63,346 nt of DNA from Spirochaetaceae bacterium (GCA_046541715.1 JBKHCS010000005.1:1-63346); one strand, 5' to 3'. Shown: positions 36,133 to 45,556, counted from the first letter of the stretch. The notes: generated by a model from the letters alone, not told the origin. A program made the numbers and translations.

Positions 36133-36621
36133 ATGAAGGTGGCAGTTCTTAGCGACATACACGACAACATTTGGAATTTAGAACGGACCCTGGACCAGGT
36201 GAAGGCTCTCGGCGTCTCGCGTTCGTTCTTTTTAGGGGATTTTTGCGCTCCCTTTACACTCAAGCAGTTGGCCGAAGGCATAAACGGGCAGATCGATGTC
36301 GTATTCGGCAACAACGACGGTGACACGCACCTACTGACCCAAGTAGCCGGGGATCACCCCAACGTATTCCTCCACGGACAGTTCGTAGAGTTGGAGGTGG
36401 ACAAGCGGCGGATTGCCCTTACGCACTACCCGGACATTGCCCGGGGTCTCGCCGAAGGCAATTACGATGCAGTCTTCTACGGACACGATCACACCGCTTT
36501 CTCCGGGGAGGTCGGTGCGACGCTCTTGGCCAATCCCGGGGAGGTTATGGGGCGCTTCGGGTCTCCGAGCTTCGGGGTCTACGACACGAGCGCCCGGAGC
36601 TTTCAACACGTTTCCCTTTGA
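36133..36621 (+). CDS. YfcE/MJ0936-type small metallophosphoesterase
   Basis: ORF trimmed to the ATG at 36133 (MKVAVLSDIHDN). Motifs LGDFCAP, GNNDGD, YGHDHT. Confidence 0.8.
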   Translation: MKVAVLSDIHDNIWNLERTLDQVKALGVSRSFFLGDFCAPFTLKQLAEGINGQIDVVFGNNDGDTHLLTQVAGDHPNVFLHGQFVELEVDKRRIALTHYPDIARGLAEGNYDAVFYGHDHTAFSGEVGATLLANPGEVMGRFGSPSFGVYDTSARSFQHVSL

Positions 36622-36622
36622 C

Positions 36623-37255
36623 CTACCGTCTCTCCGGGGGCTCTAGGATGTCGTGCACTATGTCGGCTAACTCCCCGTAAGTGGTGCAGCGAAAATCTGG
36701 GGCGACCGTCGGTTCCGGACCGCCGTCCGGCGGCACGATCCAACAAGAAACGACTCCGGCTCGCCGGGCGGTTTCTACATCGTCCCGGTAGTCCCCGACA
36801 AAGAGTAGGGCGGATGGGCTCACGTTCCAGGTTTCCGCGATGTGGATAAGGGCCTCCGGTTCCGGCTTTCTGGGAAAGGGATCCTCCCGCGTTATAATGG
36901 GGACGAACCATTCCGGGCGCAGGCGCACGAAATTGTCGAAGGCGACCGTCAACGAAGCGCGGGTGTTCCGGGTCAGAATAGCGAGGGGAACACCCTGATC
37001 CCAAAGGCCGGCGAGGAACTCTTCAACCCCGTCCCGAGGAACCGAAGCGGCGGCGGCGTCCCGTTCGGCTCTTAGGAGTATTTCGAGGGCAGCTGTCCGG
37101 CGTGTCGCGTCGCGGATCTCCTCGATCCAGTGAATAATCGACTGTTCCTCCGGACAGCCAATCTTCCTACGGATCGCCCCAAAGTCTATGGCCCCGGGAT
37201 GAGTCAATGTGCCGTCGAAGTCGAAGACGATACCACGAACCGTCGTCTGTATCAT
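36623..37255 (-). CDS. HAD-superfamily hydrolase
   Basis: ORF trimmed to the ATG at 37255 (MIQTTVRGIVFDFDGTLT, DxDxT motif). Also ILTRNT and VGDYRDDV motifs. Confidence 0.85.
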   Translation of the reverse strand: MIQTTVRGIVFDFDGTLTHPGAIDFGAIRRKIGCPEEQSIIHWIEEIRDATRRTAALEILLRAERDAAAASVPRDGVEEFLAGLWDQGVPLAILTRNTRASLTVAFDNFVRLRPEWFVPIITREDPFPRKPEPEALIHIAETWNVSPSALLFVGDYRDDVETARRAGVVSCWIVPPDGGPEPTVAPDFRCTTYGELADIVHDILEPPERR

Positions 37256-37277
37256 AACGATAAATGTTAAGAACCCG

Positions 37278-37286
37278 TGATACAAT
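37278..37286 (+). promoter_or_regulatory. Extended -10 element TGATACAAT
   Basis: Read directly. It points away from the HAD gene towards the + strand terminator about 80 nt downstream. No good -35. Confidence 0.3.
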
Positions 37287-37292
37287 GTTGAC

Positions 37293-37397
37293 GCAGGGAA
37301 TCAAAGCCGGTACAGTTATAGATGCCAGGAAACATGATACATCACAGCCTAATTCCCTGGTATACGCGCCCGCACCTCCCCGCGGGCGCTTTTTTTT
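37293..37397 (+). ncRNA. Candidate ~100-nt structured small RNA (unclassified)
   Basis: Bounded by the extended -10 (37278-37286) and the intrinsic terminator (37366-37397). A perfect 8-bp closing helix CAGGGAAT 37294-37301 / ATTCCCTG 37352-37359. No credible ORF. I cannot match it to an Rfam family from memory. Confidence 0.3.
37366..37397 (+). terminator. Rho-independent terminator (GC hairpin + T8)
   Basis: GCGCCCGC (37366-37373), loop acctcccc, GCGGGCGC (37382-37389), TTTTTTTT (37390-37397). The U-tract exists only on the + strand. Confidence 0.7.
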
Positions 37398-37444
37398 GCC
37401 CCTCAGCTGGGGCGGACCCGGATTCGAGATCGGGCTACCCGGGG

Positions 37445-37720
37445 TCAGTCCCGACCGGGACCGCCGCCCTCTCGCCGGGGACGCGCTTCGTTTACCTTGA
37501 GTCGGCGCCCCTCGAACTCGAATCCGTTTAGGGCAGTCTCCGCCGCTTCGGCGGCCGCCTGGTCCGCCATCTCGACGAAGGCGAATCCGCGGGAACGTCC
37601 GGTCTCCCGATCCAGGACCACATTGAGGGAAGCCACTTCGCCATATTGCTCGAATAGAGCCTTCAGGTCCGGACCCTGAGTCTGATAGCTAAGGTTTCCG
37701 ACGTACAACTTGACCGCCAT
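37445..37720 (-). CDS. RRM (RNP-1) RNA-binding protein
   Basis: ORF trimmed to the second ATG at 37720, which has better spacing from AAAGGA. KLYVGNLSY (RNP-2), RGFAFVEM (RNP-1), Gly/Arg tail. Confidence 0.9.
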   Translation of the reverse strand: MAVKLYVGNLSYQTQGPDLKALFEQYGEVASLNVVLDRETGRSRGFAFVEMADQAAAEAAETALNGFEFEGRRLKVNEARPRREGGGPGRD

Positions 37721-37843
37721 GCACATGTCCTTTTCGCCGACCCAAGTGGCCGGCACACTCGAGATTCCTTAAGATACACCCGCAACTCCGGCTACGCAAG
37801 TATCACGATTGACCTCCGGCACGGGGGATTCTACCTTTCCCGG

Positions 37844-38680
37844 GTGGACACGACTATCTTGGACGAGGCCGCGTGGTACCTCGCAGAGCGCCGGATCGCG
37901 GTCTTGACGGGAGCGGGCATCAGCACCGAATCTGGAATTCCCGACTATCGCGGTCCCGACGGGGCCTTGCGGAAACGAACCCCAATAACCTACCACCAGT
38001 TTCTCTCGGATCCCAACAGCCGACGGCTTTACTGGGCCCGGAGTGCCGTCGGCTGGCCTCGGGCCGCCTCCGCGGGGCCGAACGCGGCACATTTCGCCCT
38101 TGCGCGTCTCGAAGAGACCGGATTGATCACGTCGCTCATCACCCAGAATGTCGACGGACTCCACCAACAGGCGGGAAGCAAAGCAGTTATCGAGCTCCAC
38201 GGCAGCCTTTCGAGGGTGGTTTGCCTGGAGTGCGGTCATAGGGTTAGCCGACGAAGCGTTCAACATAGGATCGAAGAGCTTAACCCGCGTTGGGAGAACC
38301 GGCGCGCCGAGACGGCCCCGGACGGCGACGCCGAGGTGCCGCGATCGCTTACACAGGAGTTCCAGGTGCCCTCTTGCTCCGAATGCGGGGGGCTCCTTAA
38401 GCCCGATGTCGTCTTCTTCGGGGAGAATGTTCCGAAAGCGACCGTCGATCGGGCCTTCGCAGCCGTGGATGCCGCGGAAGCGCTCTTGATCGCCGGCACG
38501 TCTCTGACGGTCTACTCGGGTCTGCGTTTTCTCGACCGGGCGGCGAAGAAGGGTATCCCGGCTGTTGTGGTAAACATGGGAGAGGTCCGGGGGGCACACC
38601 TCGCGGCGATGCACGTGGAGGCGCGCCTCGGGGAGGCGCTACCGGCCCTCGTGGATCGATTGATTAGGAATAACGGCTAA
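37844..38680 (+). CDS. cobB: NAD-dependent protein deacylase (sirtuin, CobB-like)
   Basis: GAGISTESGIPDYRG, TQNVDGLH, zinc ribbon CLECG...CSECGG, GTSLTVYS. Confidence 0.9.
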   Translation: MDTTILDEAAWYLAERRIAVLTGAGISTESGIPDYRGPDGALRKRTPITYHQFLSDPNSRRLYWARSAVGWPRAASAGPNAAHFALARLEETGLITSLITQNVDGLHQQAGSKAVIELHGSLSRVVCLECGHRVSRRSVQHRIEELNPRWENRRAETAPDGDAEVPRSLTQEFQVPSCSECGGLLKPDVVFFGENVPKATVDRAFAAVDAAEALLIAGTSLTVYSGLRFLDRAAKKGIPAVVVNMGEVRGAHLAAMHVEARLGEALPALVDRLIRNNG

Positions 38681-39135
38681 AGAATTCCCGGGGGGCTTCC
38701 GGCGTGTTCCGCGATAAGCTCCTCGATACCTTCGACAAGACGGCGCAATCTCCGGTCTCGGACTGCGTCCTCACGCCAGAGGACAAAGCTCCTACGCTGT
38801 TTGTCATCTACGGTGATAAAGGTAAAGAGAACCTCCTTGAACTCTTGAACGCGCGTATTCTCTTCACGACGGTCGAACCGTGCACTCTCGACGAGGGACC
38901 AGATTGCCGCACCCTCCTCAGGAGACATGGTCAATGGACCAAGAGCGCTCATCTCTCCGGCGCGGGTATGAGTGACGATAAGGGAGTTCCGGCTTGTGAT
39001 CTCTATGCTCCAATCCGACTGGGAGCCATCGTCCAAGCCAATCGTAAAGAAGCCGAATCCGATCAAGTCCTGTGACGAAGCCCCCACAACGGACAGAACC
39101 GCAAGTAACATCACCATTGTAAATCGTTTACCCAT
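38677..39135 (-). CDS. Hypothetical secreted protein
   Basis: AGGAGG 9 nt upstream of the ATG at 39135. Signal peptide MGKRFTMVMLLAVLSVVGASS. No family recognised. Confidence 0.5.
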   Translation of the reverse strand: MGKRFTMVMLLAVLSVVGASSQDLIGFGFFTIGLDDGSQSDWSIEITSRNSLIVTHTRAGEMSALGPLTMSPEEGAAIWSLVESARFDRREENTRVQEFKEVLFTFITVDDKQRRSFVLWREDAVRDRRLRRLVEGIEELIAEHAGSPPGIL

Positions 39136-39165
39136 GGCTGTTGACCTCCTGTAGTATATGTCTGG

Positions 39166-39918
39166 TCATAGGCCGATCTTGCAGCGAAAAACAGGTTTGC
39201 CGGTGCTCATGCCGGCTACAACGGCCCCTGAGTCCCAAAGCTCACCGACAAGCTCCATACTGCTATTCCCGACGAGCTCCGAAACAAAATTGATGTCGAT
39301 CGAGGAGACCTGCCTCGCAGAAAGACGCTCCGGGGGAATCAAGGAAAAGGCCCACCGGAGAAACTCCGCATTGTTGACGTGGTTGTTGACGTCTAATTCG
39401 GTGTAGGTCACGGGAACCGTCCTCGAAAGCCGTAAAACCTTCGCAGGTTCGGCGCCAATCTCCCCGATCTCCCCGACCTTTCCGGGCACTTGCTCCGGAG
39501 TAAACCCGGGAAAGCGCGCCAAATCCTCTTCCGAAAAAACGTTCTCCGGCCTGAGAGGACGCCGAGTGTTGCCGTCGAGAACTACCCAGGCCGAAGATGC
39601 CTCGAATACCGGCGTATCCGAGACCGAGCCACCGAAACGCCTGATCGCGAAGGGTCCGGAGACGCCCAGAGGCTCGGTCTCGAGAACCAAATCTTCTCCC
39701 CAGAGGGGCCATCTAGCGAAACCAATCGAAAGGCGGGTGAGAGCCCAGAACCGTCCCTGATCCTTCAAGGATGTGTACCCGAAACCGAGCTCTTCGGCGT
39801 TCTTCCAGGCCATGTCCTCCAAGAAACTCAAAACAAAGTGGGGCTTGAGGCGCCCGTACAGATCGCCGTGATAAGAACGGACTGGGTATGTATCCCTTCT
39901 CCCGAGGGTGCTCTGCAT
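39166..39918 (-). CDS. Acyl-ACP thioesterase
   Basis: ORF trimmed to the ATG at 39918 (TAATG overlap with the upstream stop). YPVRSYHGDLYGRLKPHFVLSFLEDMAWKNAEELG...GRFWALTRLSI...VNNHVNNAEFLRW matches the double-hotdog Acyl-ACP_TE pattern. Confidence 0.8.
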   Translation of the reverse strand: MQSTLGRRDTYPVRSYHGDLYGRLKPHFVLSFLEDMAWKNAEELGFGYTSLKDQGRFWALTRLSIGFARWPLWGEDLVLETEPLGVSGPFAIRRFGGSVSDTPVFEASSAWVVLDGNTRRPLRPENVFSEEDLARFPGFTPEQVPGKVGEIGEIGAEPAKVLRLSRTVPVTYTELDVNNHVNNAEFLRWAFSLIPPERLSARQVSSIDINFVSELVGNSSMELVGELWDSGAVVAGMSTGKPVFRCKIGL

Positions 39919-41465
39919 TAGCGGGCGTCCTCGAGGGGAATGGGTGCCAAGGGCCTCTTTCCGGCAACGATATTCGCCGCGATGCGACCGCTCAGGGCGG
40001 CGGAAATGACACCACCGGGCCAGAGGGCATAGTGTCCCGCGGTGTAGAGGTTCTTGATCGGCGTTCGTATCATGTTCAGCGTTTTCCGTCGAAAGAGAGG
40101 AGAGACGGTATCCTGATAACACCAGCCACCGGTCGAGCCCTCGGAGTTTCGGGTGTAACGCTCCAAGGAGAGGGGGGTACCGACTTCGTAGTAGCTTATC
40201 TTTCGAGAAAGGTCAGGAAAAAGGTTTTCCGCCGTCGCCACCAACTCCCGGCCGACGGCCTCTTTGAAGGGTTTGTATTCCGGGCGCCTAGGAACGTCAT
40301 ATCCGCCGTTCTGCCAGTAGTTTTGCCAGGCGGCGGAGCTGTAGGTCTGAAGGGTCATCGTCGAGTGACCCGGGGGAGCAGTTCCGCTTCCCGGGGTTCC
40401 GAAGGCGTTCAGGGCGACCCACATCCGACTGTGAATATCCCTCGGAGAACCCTCGTCGGGAAACAACACCTCATAGTTGGGAAAGTAGAAGAGATGTTCC
40501 GCCGAAAGACGTTTCCGGATCTCTTCGGGAGGAAGGGAGACACCGAGGAAGACCGTAAGAATGGCCTCGGTAAGCTTGGCCGAGACGACTCGTCGGCGAC
40601 GCCGGACGCCTGCGTTATCCTGGGGCAGAAGCTCTTCAAAAAGCCGACGGTAGTCGCCGGCGTAGACGACCTTGTTGGCGGAAAGGCTGTTCCCGTCGGC
40701 GAGCACGAGCTCGACGCCCGCGTCCCGAGTCGGCCGGACGGCGGTTACGAGGCTCCTGGTCCGGATGGTGCCTCCGGCGTCGACGACCTTTCCGGCGATG
40801 CGGTCGAGAAGCGCTTGCATCCCCCCGACGGGATACCAGTAGTCCTTGGCCCATATGTGCCAGAAACCGGCGAAGAAGAGGTAGGGCATCCGGTAGTAAC
40901 CGACTTCGGTGAGCCAGTGGCGGAGCACCGGGTTTTCGATGACCGAGCACGCCTTCTGCCGGTAGGTAAAGCGGATCCACCGGGCGAGGCGCGTGAACCA
41001 GGGAGCCATCGACAGAAGCCGCTTGAGGGAGTAGTCGTTGATCAGGGGGAGCCGGTTAGCGTCTCCCACCGCGTCGAGGAACCGCGAGACCTCGCCGATT
41101 TCCCGGAAGAGGGGAGCAAGGCCCCGCTCCTCCGGGAACGCCTCTTGAAGGGCCTCTCGAACCGAATCGACGGAGTCGATGAAGAAATCAAAATCGTCGC
41201 TGACCATTCGGTAGCGAACCTTGATCCAGTCCTGGGTGCCGTACACTCCCAGGGCTTCTAGAATCGGGAACACGATGCCAAGGCTTTCGAACGATTGGTC
41301 CCCACCGTCGAAGTAGTACCCCCGGCGCCAAAAACCCGACATGTTGCCCCCGACCTGGTGATTCTGCTCGAAGAGGGTAACGTTTCTCCCTTCCCGGGCC
41401 AGAAAGGCGGAGCAGACAAGCCCCGAAATTCCGCCACCGACGACGGCGATGTCGCAATCAGGCAT
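39918..41465 (-). CDS. FAD-dependent oxidoreductase of the phytoene-desaturase (CrtI-like) family
   Basis: ORF trimmed to the ATG at 41465 (MPDCDIAVVGGGISGLVCSAFLAREGRNVTLFEQNHQVGGN dinucleotide fold). C-terminal LYTAGHYALWPGGV. Confidence 0.8.
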   Translation of the reverse strand: MPDCDIAVVGGGISGLVCSAFLAREGRNVTLFEQNHQVGGNMSGFWRRGYYFDGGDQSFESLGIVFPILEALGVYGTQDWIKVRYRMVSDDFDFFIDSVDSVREALQEAFPEERGLAPLFREIGEVSRFLDAVGDANRLPLINDYSLKRLLSMAPWFTRLARWIRFTYRQKACSVIENPVLRHWLTEVGYYRMPYLFFAGFWHIWAKDYWYPVGGMQALLDRIAGKVVDAGGTIRTRSLVTAVRPTRDAGVELVLADGNSLSANKVVYAGDYRRLFEELLPQDNAGVRRRRRVVSAKLTEAILTVFLGVSLPPEEIRKRLSAEHLFYFPNYEVLFPDEGSPRDIHSRMWVALNAFGTPGSGTAPPGHSTMTLQTYSSAAWQNYWQNGGYDVPRRPEYKPFKEAVGRELVATAENLFPDLSRKISYYEVGTPLSLERYTRNSEGSTGGWCYQDTVSPLFRRKTLNMIRTPIKNLYTAGHYALWPGGVISAALSGRIAANIVAGKRPLAPIPLEDAR

Positions 41466-41510
41466 GAACGTGATGCTACGCCGCCGCGGCCGGGGCGTCA
41501 AGGCGAGGGG

Positions 41511-42302
41511 TTACAGGTTCTCCTGAAAGAAGGCGACCATCTGGCTCCATGCGGCGCCGGCTTCCCCACCTTGATCGTAGTTTTCGCTTCCGACGAAGGC
41601 GTGTCCAACCCCCGGGTAGATGGTAACCGTTACGTCGGCGTTACGACTCTCGAGGGCCGCTTCGAAGGCTTCCACCTCACTCACCGGAATCGAACCGTCC
41701 TCGGCGCCGAAAACACCGAGTACCGGTCCCTGACGACCGAGTTGACCCAACTCCTCCGCGTCGGTAATCGGTCCACCGCCGTAGAAGGTAGCTACCGCCG
41801 CGAGATCGCTTCGTCTGGTACCGAGGTACATCGAATGAGTCCCCCCGAAGCAGAAGCCGACGGAACCGATTCGCCCTGCGTCCACATCCGATCGGCTCTT
41901 GAGATACTCGAGAGCGGCGTCGAGGTCGCCGAATATCTGTTCCCTGGGCGTTTCGGTAACCTGGCTCCGGGCGGCCTGGGGCGTCTGGGCGACGCTTCCC
42001 CGAAATCCATCAGGAGCGAGGACAACGAAACCCTCGTCCGCCAAGGCGTCGGCGAGAGCAGCGATGTCCTGATTGAGGCCCCACCATTCGTGAATCATCA
42101 GAACGGCCGGAAAAGGACCCGATCCCGAATTCGGTTCTGCGAGGTAGCCGGTCAGGGTGGTGCCGTCGGACGCCCGATAGGAGACGTTTGTCGAAGCCGG
42201 GGCCCGGGGATCCGCTTCGTCCCGTTGCCCGAACACCGAAGCCGTCGCAAGCATTAGTAGCAAGGAAACCCATAGTAACCGGAGTAGTTTAGTGCGCATC
42301 AT
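41511..42302 (-). CDS. Secreted dienelactone-hydrolase-family alpha/beta hydrolase
   Basis: Signal peptide MMRTKLLRLLWVSLLLMLATASVFG. IHEWWGLN, nucleophile elbow GFCFGG, C-terminal GVGHAF. Confidence 0.75.
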   Translation of the reverse strand: MMRTKLLRLLWVSLLLMLATASVFGQRDEADPRAPASTNVSYRASDGTTLTGYLAEPNSGSGPFPAVLMIHEWWGLNQDIAALADALADEGFVVLAPDGFRGSVAQTPQAARSQVTETPREQIFGDLDAALEYLKSRSDVDAGRIGSVGFCFGGTHSMYLGTRRSDLAAVATFYGGGPITDAEELGQLGRQGPVLGVFGAEDGSIPVSEVEAFEAALESRNADVTVTIYPGVGHAFVGSENYDQGGEAGAAWSQMVAFFQENL

Positions 42303-42381
42303 CTTGACCTCCGAATAGTAAGATTGGCTTTCTGATCTCCCGGGTCAAGAATTTGCGAAGGTTAACCGCAAAGAAAGGGAC

Positions 42382-43542
42382 TCACCGGGCCAGACGAAAC
42401 CCGGGGAGAGCACCTTCGATTACCGAGGTGTCTACGCAGAATGCGAGACGAAAGTAGCCCGGGCTCCCAAAACCGCTACCGGGAACCGCCAGAATACCCT
42501 GCTCCTGAAGCTTGTAGACGAAAGCGACGTCGTCGCCGCCTGGGGCCTTCGGAAAGAGGAAGAGCCCTCCTTCCGGGGGCAGAAACTCGTATCCCGCCTC
42601 CTGCAGGGAGTCGCAGAGCAACGTCCGACGCGCGGCGTAGGTTTCAATGTCTACCCGGGCCCCGAGGATGTGAGGAAGAACACGTTGCATCAGACCGGGG
42701 GCGTTTACGAAGCCGAGAATCCGGTTTGCAAGGACGGCAGCCCCGACAAGGTCGTCGTGGTCTCGGGCCCCGGGGTTGACCGCGATATAGCCGATGCGCT
42801 CTGCGGCAAGACTCAACTCCTTCGAGTAGGAGGTGCAAACGATACTGTTAGGGTAGGCCGCGAGCACCGGTGGTACCGTAACGTTGTCGAAGGTGACCCC
42901 CCGGTAGGGCTCGTCGCTTATCAGATAGATCGGCGAACGCCGGTCGACACTCCTTCGCTCGAGGAGCTCTCCGAGGGCTCTGATCGTCGTCTCGGGATAC
43001 ACCCTCCCGGACGGGTTATTCGGCGAGTTGATAATGACTGCGGCTACACCGTCCAAAGCGGCGTCGATGGCCCCGAGGTCCAGGTCGAAGTCATCCTTCG
43101 TCGGCACGACGACGAGGACGCCACCGTGATTAGCCGCGTAGAAGCGGTACTCGACGAAGTAGGGAGCCGACACGAGAACCTTGTCACCGGGGTTGAGAAG
43201 TGCCTTCAGGACCACATTAAGGGCCCCGCCGGCGCCGCAGGTCATCACGATGTCTCCGGCGGAAAGGTCGGTACCTTGGAGCTCCGAAGCGCGCGAAGCG
43301 ACGGCACTCCGGGTGCCTTCGAGCCCCGCATTGGGCATGTAGCCGTGGATTCCCGGTCGCCGGAGCGAAGCCTCGGCGGCGAGGGCGTCGTAGAAGCTCT
43401 CCGGAGGAGGTAAGTCGGGGTTCCCGAGGCTCAAGTCGAAGACCGGTTTTCCGGCCCGGCGCATCGCGTCGCCGGCTTCGAACATCTTTCGGATCCAGGA
43501 GGAGCTTTCCATTGCCTCCCGGACGCTTTGCGAAATGGCCAC
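42382..43542 (-). CDS. Class I/II PLP-dependent aminotransferase
   Basis: GTG start one nt into the upstream stop. LSLGNPDLPPP, NSPNNPSG, TSYSKELSLAAERIGY (PLP lysine). Confidence 0.9.
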   Translation of the reverse strand: MAISQSVREAMESSSWIRKMFEAGDAMRRAGKPVFDLSLGNPDLPPPESFYDALAAEASLRRPGIHGYMPNAGLEGTRSAVASRASELQGTDLSAGDIVMTCGAGGALNVVLKALLNPGDKVLVSAPYFVEYRFYAANHGGVLVVVPTKDDFDLDLGAIDAALDGVAAVIINSPNNPSGRVYPETTIRALGELLERRSVDRRSPIYLISDEPYRGVTFDNVTVPPVLAAYPNSIVCTSYSKELSLAAERIGYIAVNPGARDHDDLVGAAVLANRILGFVNAPGLMQRVLPHILGARVDIETYAARRTLLCDSLQEAGYEFLPPEGGLFLFPKAPGGDDVAFVYKLQEQGILAVPGSGFGSPGYFRLAFCVDTSVIEGALPGFRLAR

Positions 43543-44561
43543 TACCGTCTCCGAATCTCGCCGTCCTCGACAATGCGGTCGGCCTGGTCCATAACCTCCT
43601 CGGGAATAGAGATTCCCAACTCGCGAGCCACATCGAGATTAAGAATCATATTCATTTGGGCTGGATCTTCGACGAGAATGGTCGGGATACTCCCCGGGTC
43701 TTCCCCCTGAAGAATCCGGTCGATCAGTTCCCCGGTAATCCGACCAATCTGATACCAGTCGAATCCCCAGGCGACAAACACTTCGTTCGTCTCCGCCGAC
43801 GTGGGATCCGCCGACAACACCGGTATCTGATTCCGCATCGCGACGTCGCTCAGGGCGCTCAAGGCCGACACGACCTGATTGTCCGTACTGACGTAGATTG
43901 CATCCACCCGACCGACAATCGACTGGGTCGCCTGGCGTACCTCTGCGGGGTTGGTGATGGTCTGGCTGATGAACTCGATACCGAGGTTTTCGCAGGCGCG
44001 GCGAGTCTGCTCCGCGAGGAAGACCGCATTCGCCTCGCCGCTCGAGTAGACGTGCCCGAGAGCCCGGATGGGGCGCAAGGACATCATAAACTCTATCTGT
44101 TGCTGAACCGGGGTCCGGTGGGAGACACCGGCGATTCCGGCTTCGCCCCGGTCCAAAGATTCCACGAGACCGGCCGAAACCGGGTCGGTGATGGCGGTGT
44201 AGACTACGGGAATATCGTCGAGGGCCGCCTTTAGCGCTTGGGACGTCGGCGTGGCAATTCCGACCGCAAGGTCGACCCGATCCGCTTGGAATTTGCCGGC
44301 GATCTGCCGTCCCGTCGAAACGTCGGCGTTGGCATTTTGAAGGTCGTATACCACGTTGTCCCGACCGCGGTCGGCGAGCTCCTCTTGTATTCCCATTTCG
44401 ACGGCGTCGAGGGCAGGGTGAACGACGAACTTCGAAATGCCTATTACAATATCGTCCGACTCCTGGGTGCCGGTCGCCGAGAGCACAGGGATTCCGGTAA
44501 CCAGCAGGATGACGGCAAGCAATGCCGGAAGACGGCTCTCGATCGGTAGCAGCGTTTGCAT
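43542..44561 (-). CDS. ABC-transporter substrate-binding protein (ABC_sub_bind/DUF534-like), orphan
   Basis: Signal peptide. IGISKFVVHPALDAVEMGIQEEL and later segments fit the family. No permease or ATPase gene is adjacent. Confidence 0.7.
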   Translation of the reverse strand: MQTLLPIESRLPALLAVILLVTGIPVLSATGTQESDDIVIGISKFVVHPALDAVEMGIQEELADRGRDNVVYDLQNANADVSTGRQIAGKFQADRVDLAVGIATPTSQALKAALDDIPVVYTAITDPVSAGLVESLDRGEAGIAGVSHRTPVQQQIEFMMSLRPIRALGHVYSSGEANAVFLAEQTRRACENLGIEFISQTITNPAEVRQATQSIVGRVDAIYVSTDNQVVSALSALSDVAMRNQIPVLSADPTSAETNEVFVAWGFDWYQIGRITGELIDRILQGEDPGSIPTILVEDPAQMNMILNLDVARELGISIPEEVMDQADRIVEDGEIRRR

Positions 44562-44635
44562 TGACTCCTCCTTCTTATTTCAGAAGAAACTACCACGCGA
44601 CCAGGAACAAAGGGAATATTACTTGACATTTTCGC

Positions 44636-45556
44636 TTGGCTTGTTACGGTTTTGGCGTGGCCCTCGTTACGTTTTCCCAGTTTCTCTCGGTAATCGAAAT
44701 ACGGACCAAGATCGTTAGTGTCTCTTCCTTCGGGCTGGGGACGCTCTTTGCGGCAACCGTCGTTCCCCTCGATCCCCTTCTAACAACCTTGATGGCTTTG
44801 GCCGTCCTCGCGGTCGATATGGGCACCACCGCCTTCAACAGCTTCTTCGACTTTATGAGGCGGGTCGACACCAACGACTTCGCCAGGGAGCGGGAAAAGG
44901 TTCTTCTCCACGAGGGTGTGCCCCCGGGGGCGGCCCTGATCATAGCCGGTGGTCTGTTCGCGATCGCGGTAGCCTTGGGCCTGATCCTGAGCTTCTTGGT
45001 CGGCCTCGAGGTTGCGGTGATCGGGGCCGTATCGATGCTAGTCGGCTTTCTGTATACCGGCGGGCCCCGGCCCTTGAGTACGACACCCTTCGGAGAGCTC
45101 TTCGCGGGCGGATTTCTCGGGAGCGTCCTCTTCCTCCTTTCCGCGTATATTCACACGGGATTCGTAAGCCGAGAACTGTTCCTTTCCTCCCTCCCGTCGC
45201 TCTTTCTCGTCGCGTCGATTCTGGCGGTCAACAACGCCTGTGACAGGGAGGGCGACAAGGCGGCCGGGAGAAAGACTCTCGCCATTCTTCTTGGGGGGGA
45301 GCGTGGACCCTACCTAATCTACCTTCTCGGGGCTCTCGCTTTTGGGGCGGCCTTTGCGTCCCTCCCCACCGAACCCTTCCACTATCCTATTCTCGGGGTG
45401 ACCCTCTTCGTTTCGGCAGGGATCTTCGTTTCGATGCACCGTCGAGGCTATCGCCACGAAACAAAACTATCGTCGATGGGTTCGATCTCTCAGATCTTTC
45501 TTCTCTACACCCTTGCGGCCGCAATAATTCTGCTCCACCGATCGACGACCGCCTAA
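44636..45556 (+). CDS. UbiA-family prenyltransferase (MenA-like)
   Basis: Eight or nine TM segments. Asp-rich motif NSFFDFMRRVD, second acidic motif NNACDREGD. Start uncertain (TTG 44636 or GTG 44655). Confidence 0.75.
   Translation: MACYGFGVALVTFSQFLSVIEIRTKIVSVSSFGLGTLFAATVVPLDPLLTTLMALAVLAVDMGTTAFNSFFDFMRRVDTNDFAREREKVLLHEGVPPGAALIIAGGLFAIAVALGLILSFLVGLEVAVIGAVSMLVGFLYTGGPRPLSTTPFGELFAGGFLGSVLFLLSAYIHTGFVSRELFLSSLPSLFLVASILAVNNACDREGDKAAGRKTLAILLGGERGPYLIYLLGALAFGAAFASLPTEPFHYPILGVTLFVSAGIFVSMHRRGYRHETKLSSMGSISQIFLLYTLAAAIILLHRSTTA

Noticed and set aside
37415-37440. tRNA T-arm-like string ggattcgagatcggg
   Set aside because: Only a 4-bp stem can form, and there are no acceptor, D or anticodon arms around it.
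37844-38680. SIR2-family gene as a possible anti-phage (Thoeris/DSR-like) effector
   Set aside because: It is a full canonical sirtuin with a Rossmann fold, a four-Cys zinc ribbon and CobB-like size. It has no partner sensor gene and sits among housekeeping genes.
39888-41261. 457-aa + strand ORF, one of the longest in the track
   Set aside because: It is entirely antisense to the CrtI-like oxidoreductase, which has a clear FAD-binding fold. The product is Arg/Gly/Pro-rich low-complexity sequence with no motifs. This is a typical shadow ORF of GC-rich DNA.
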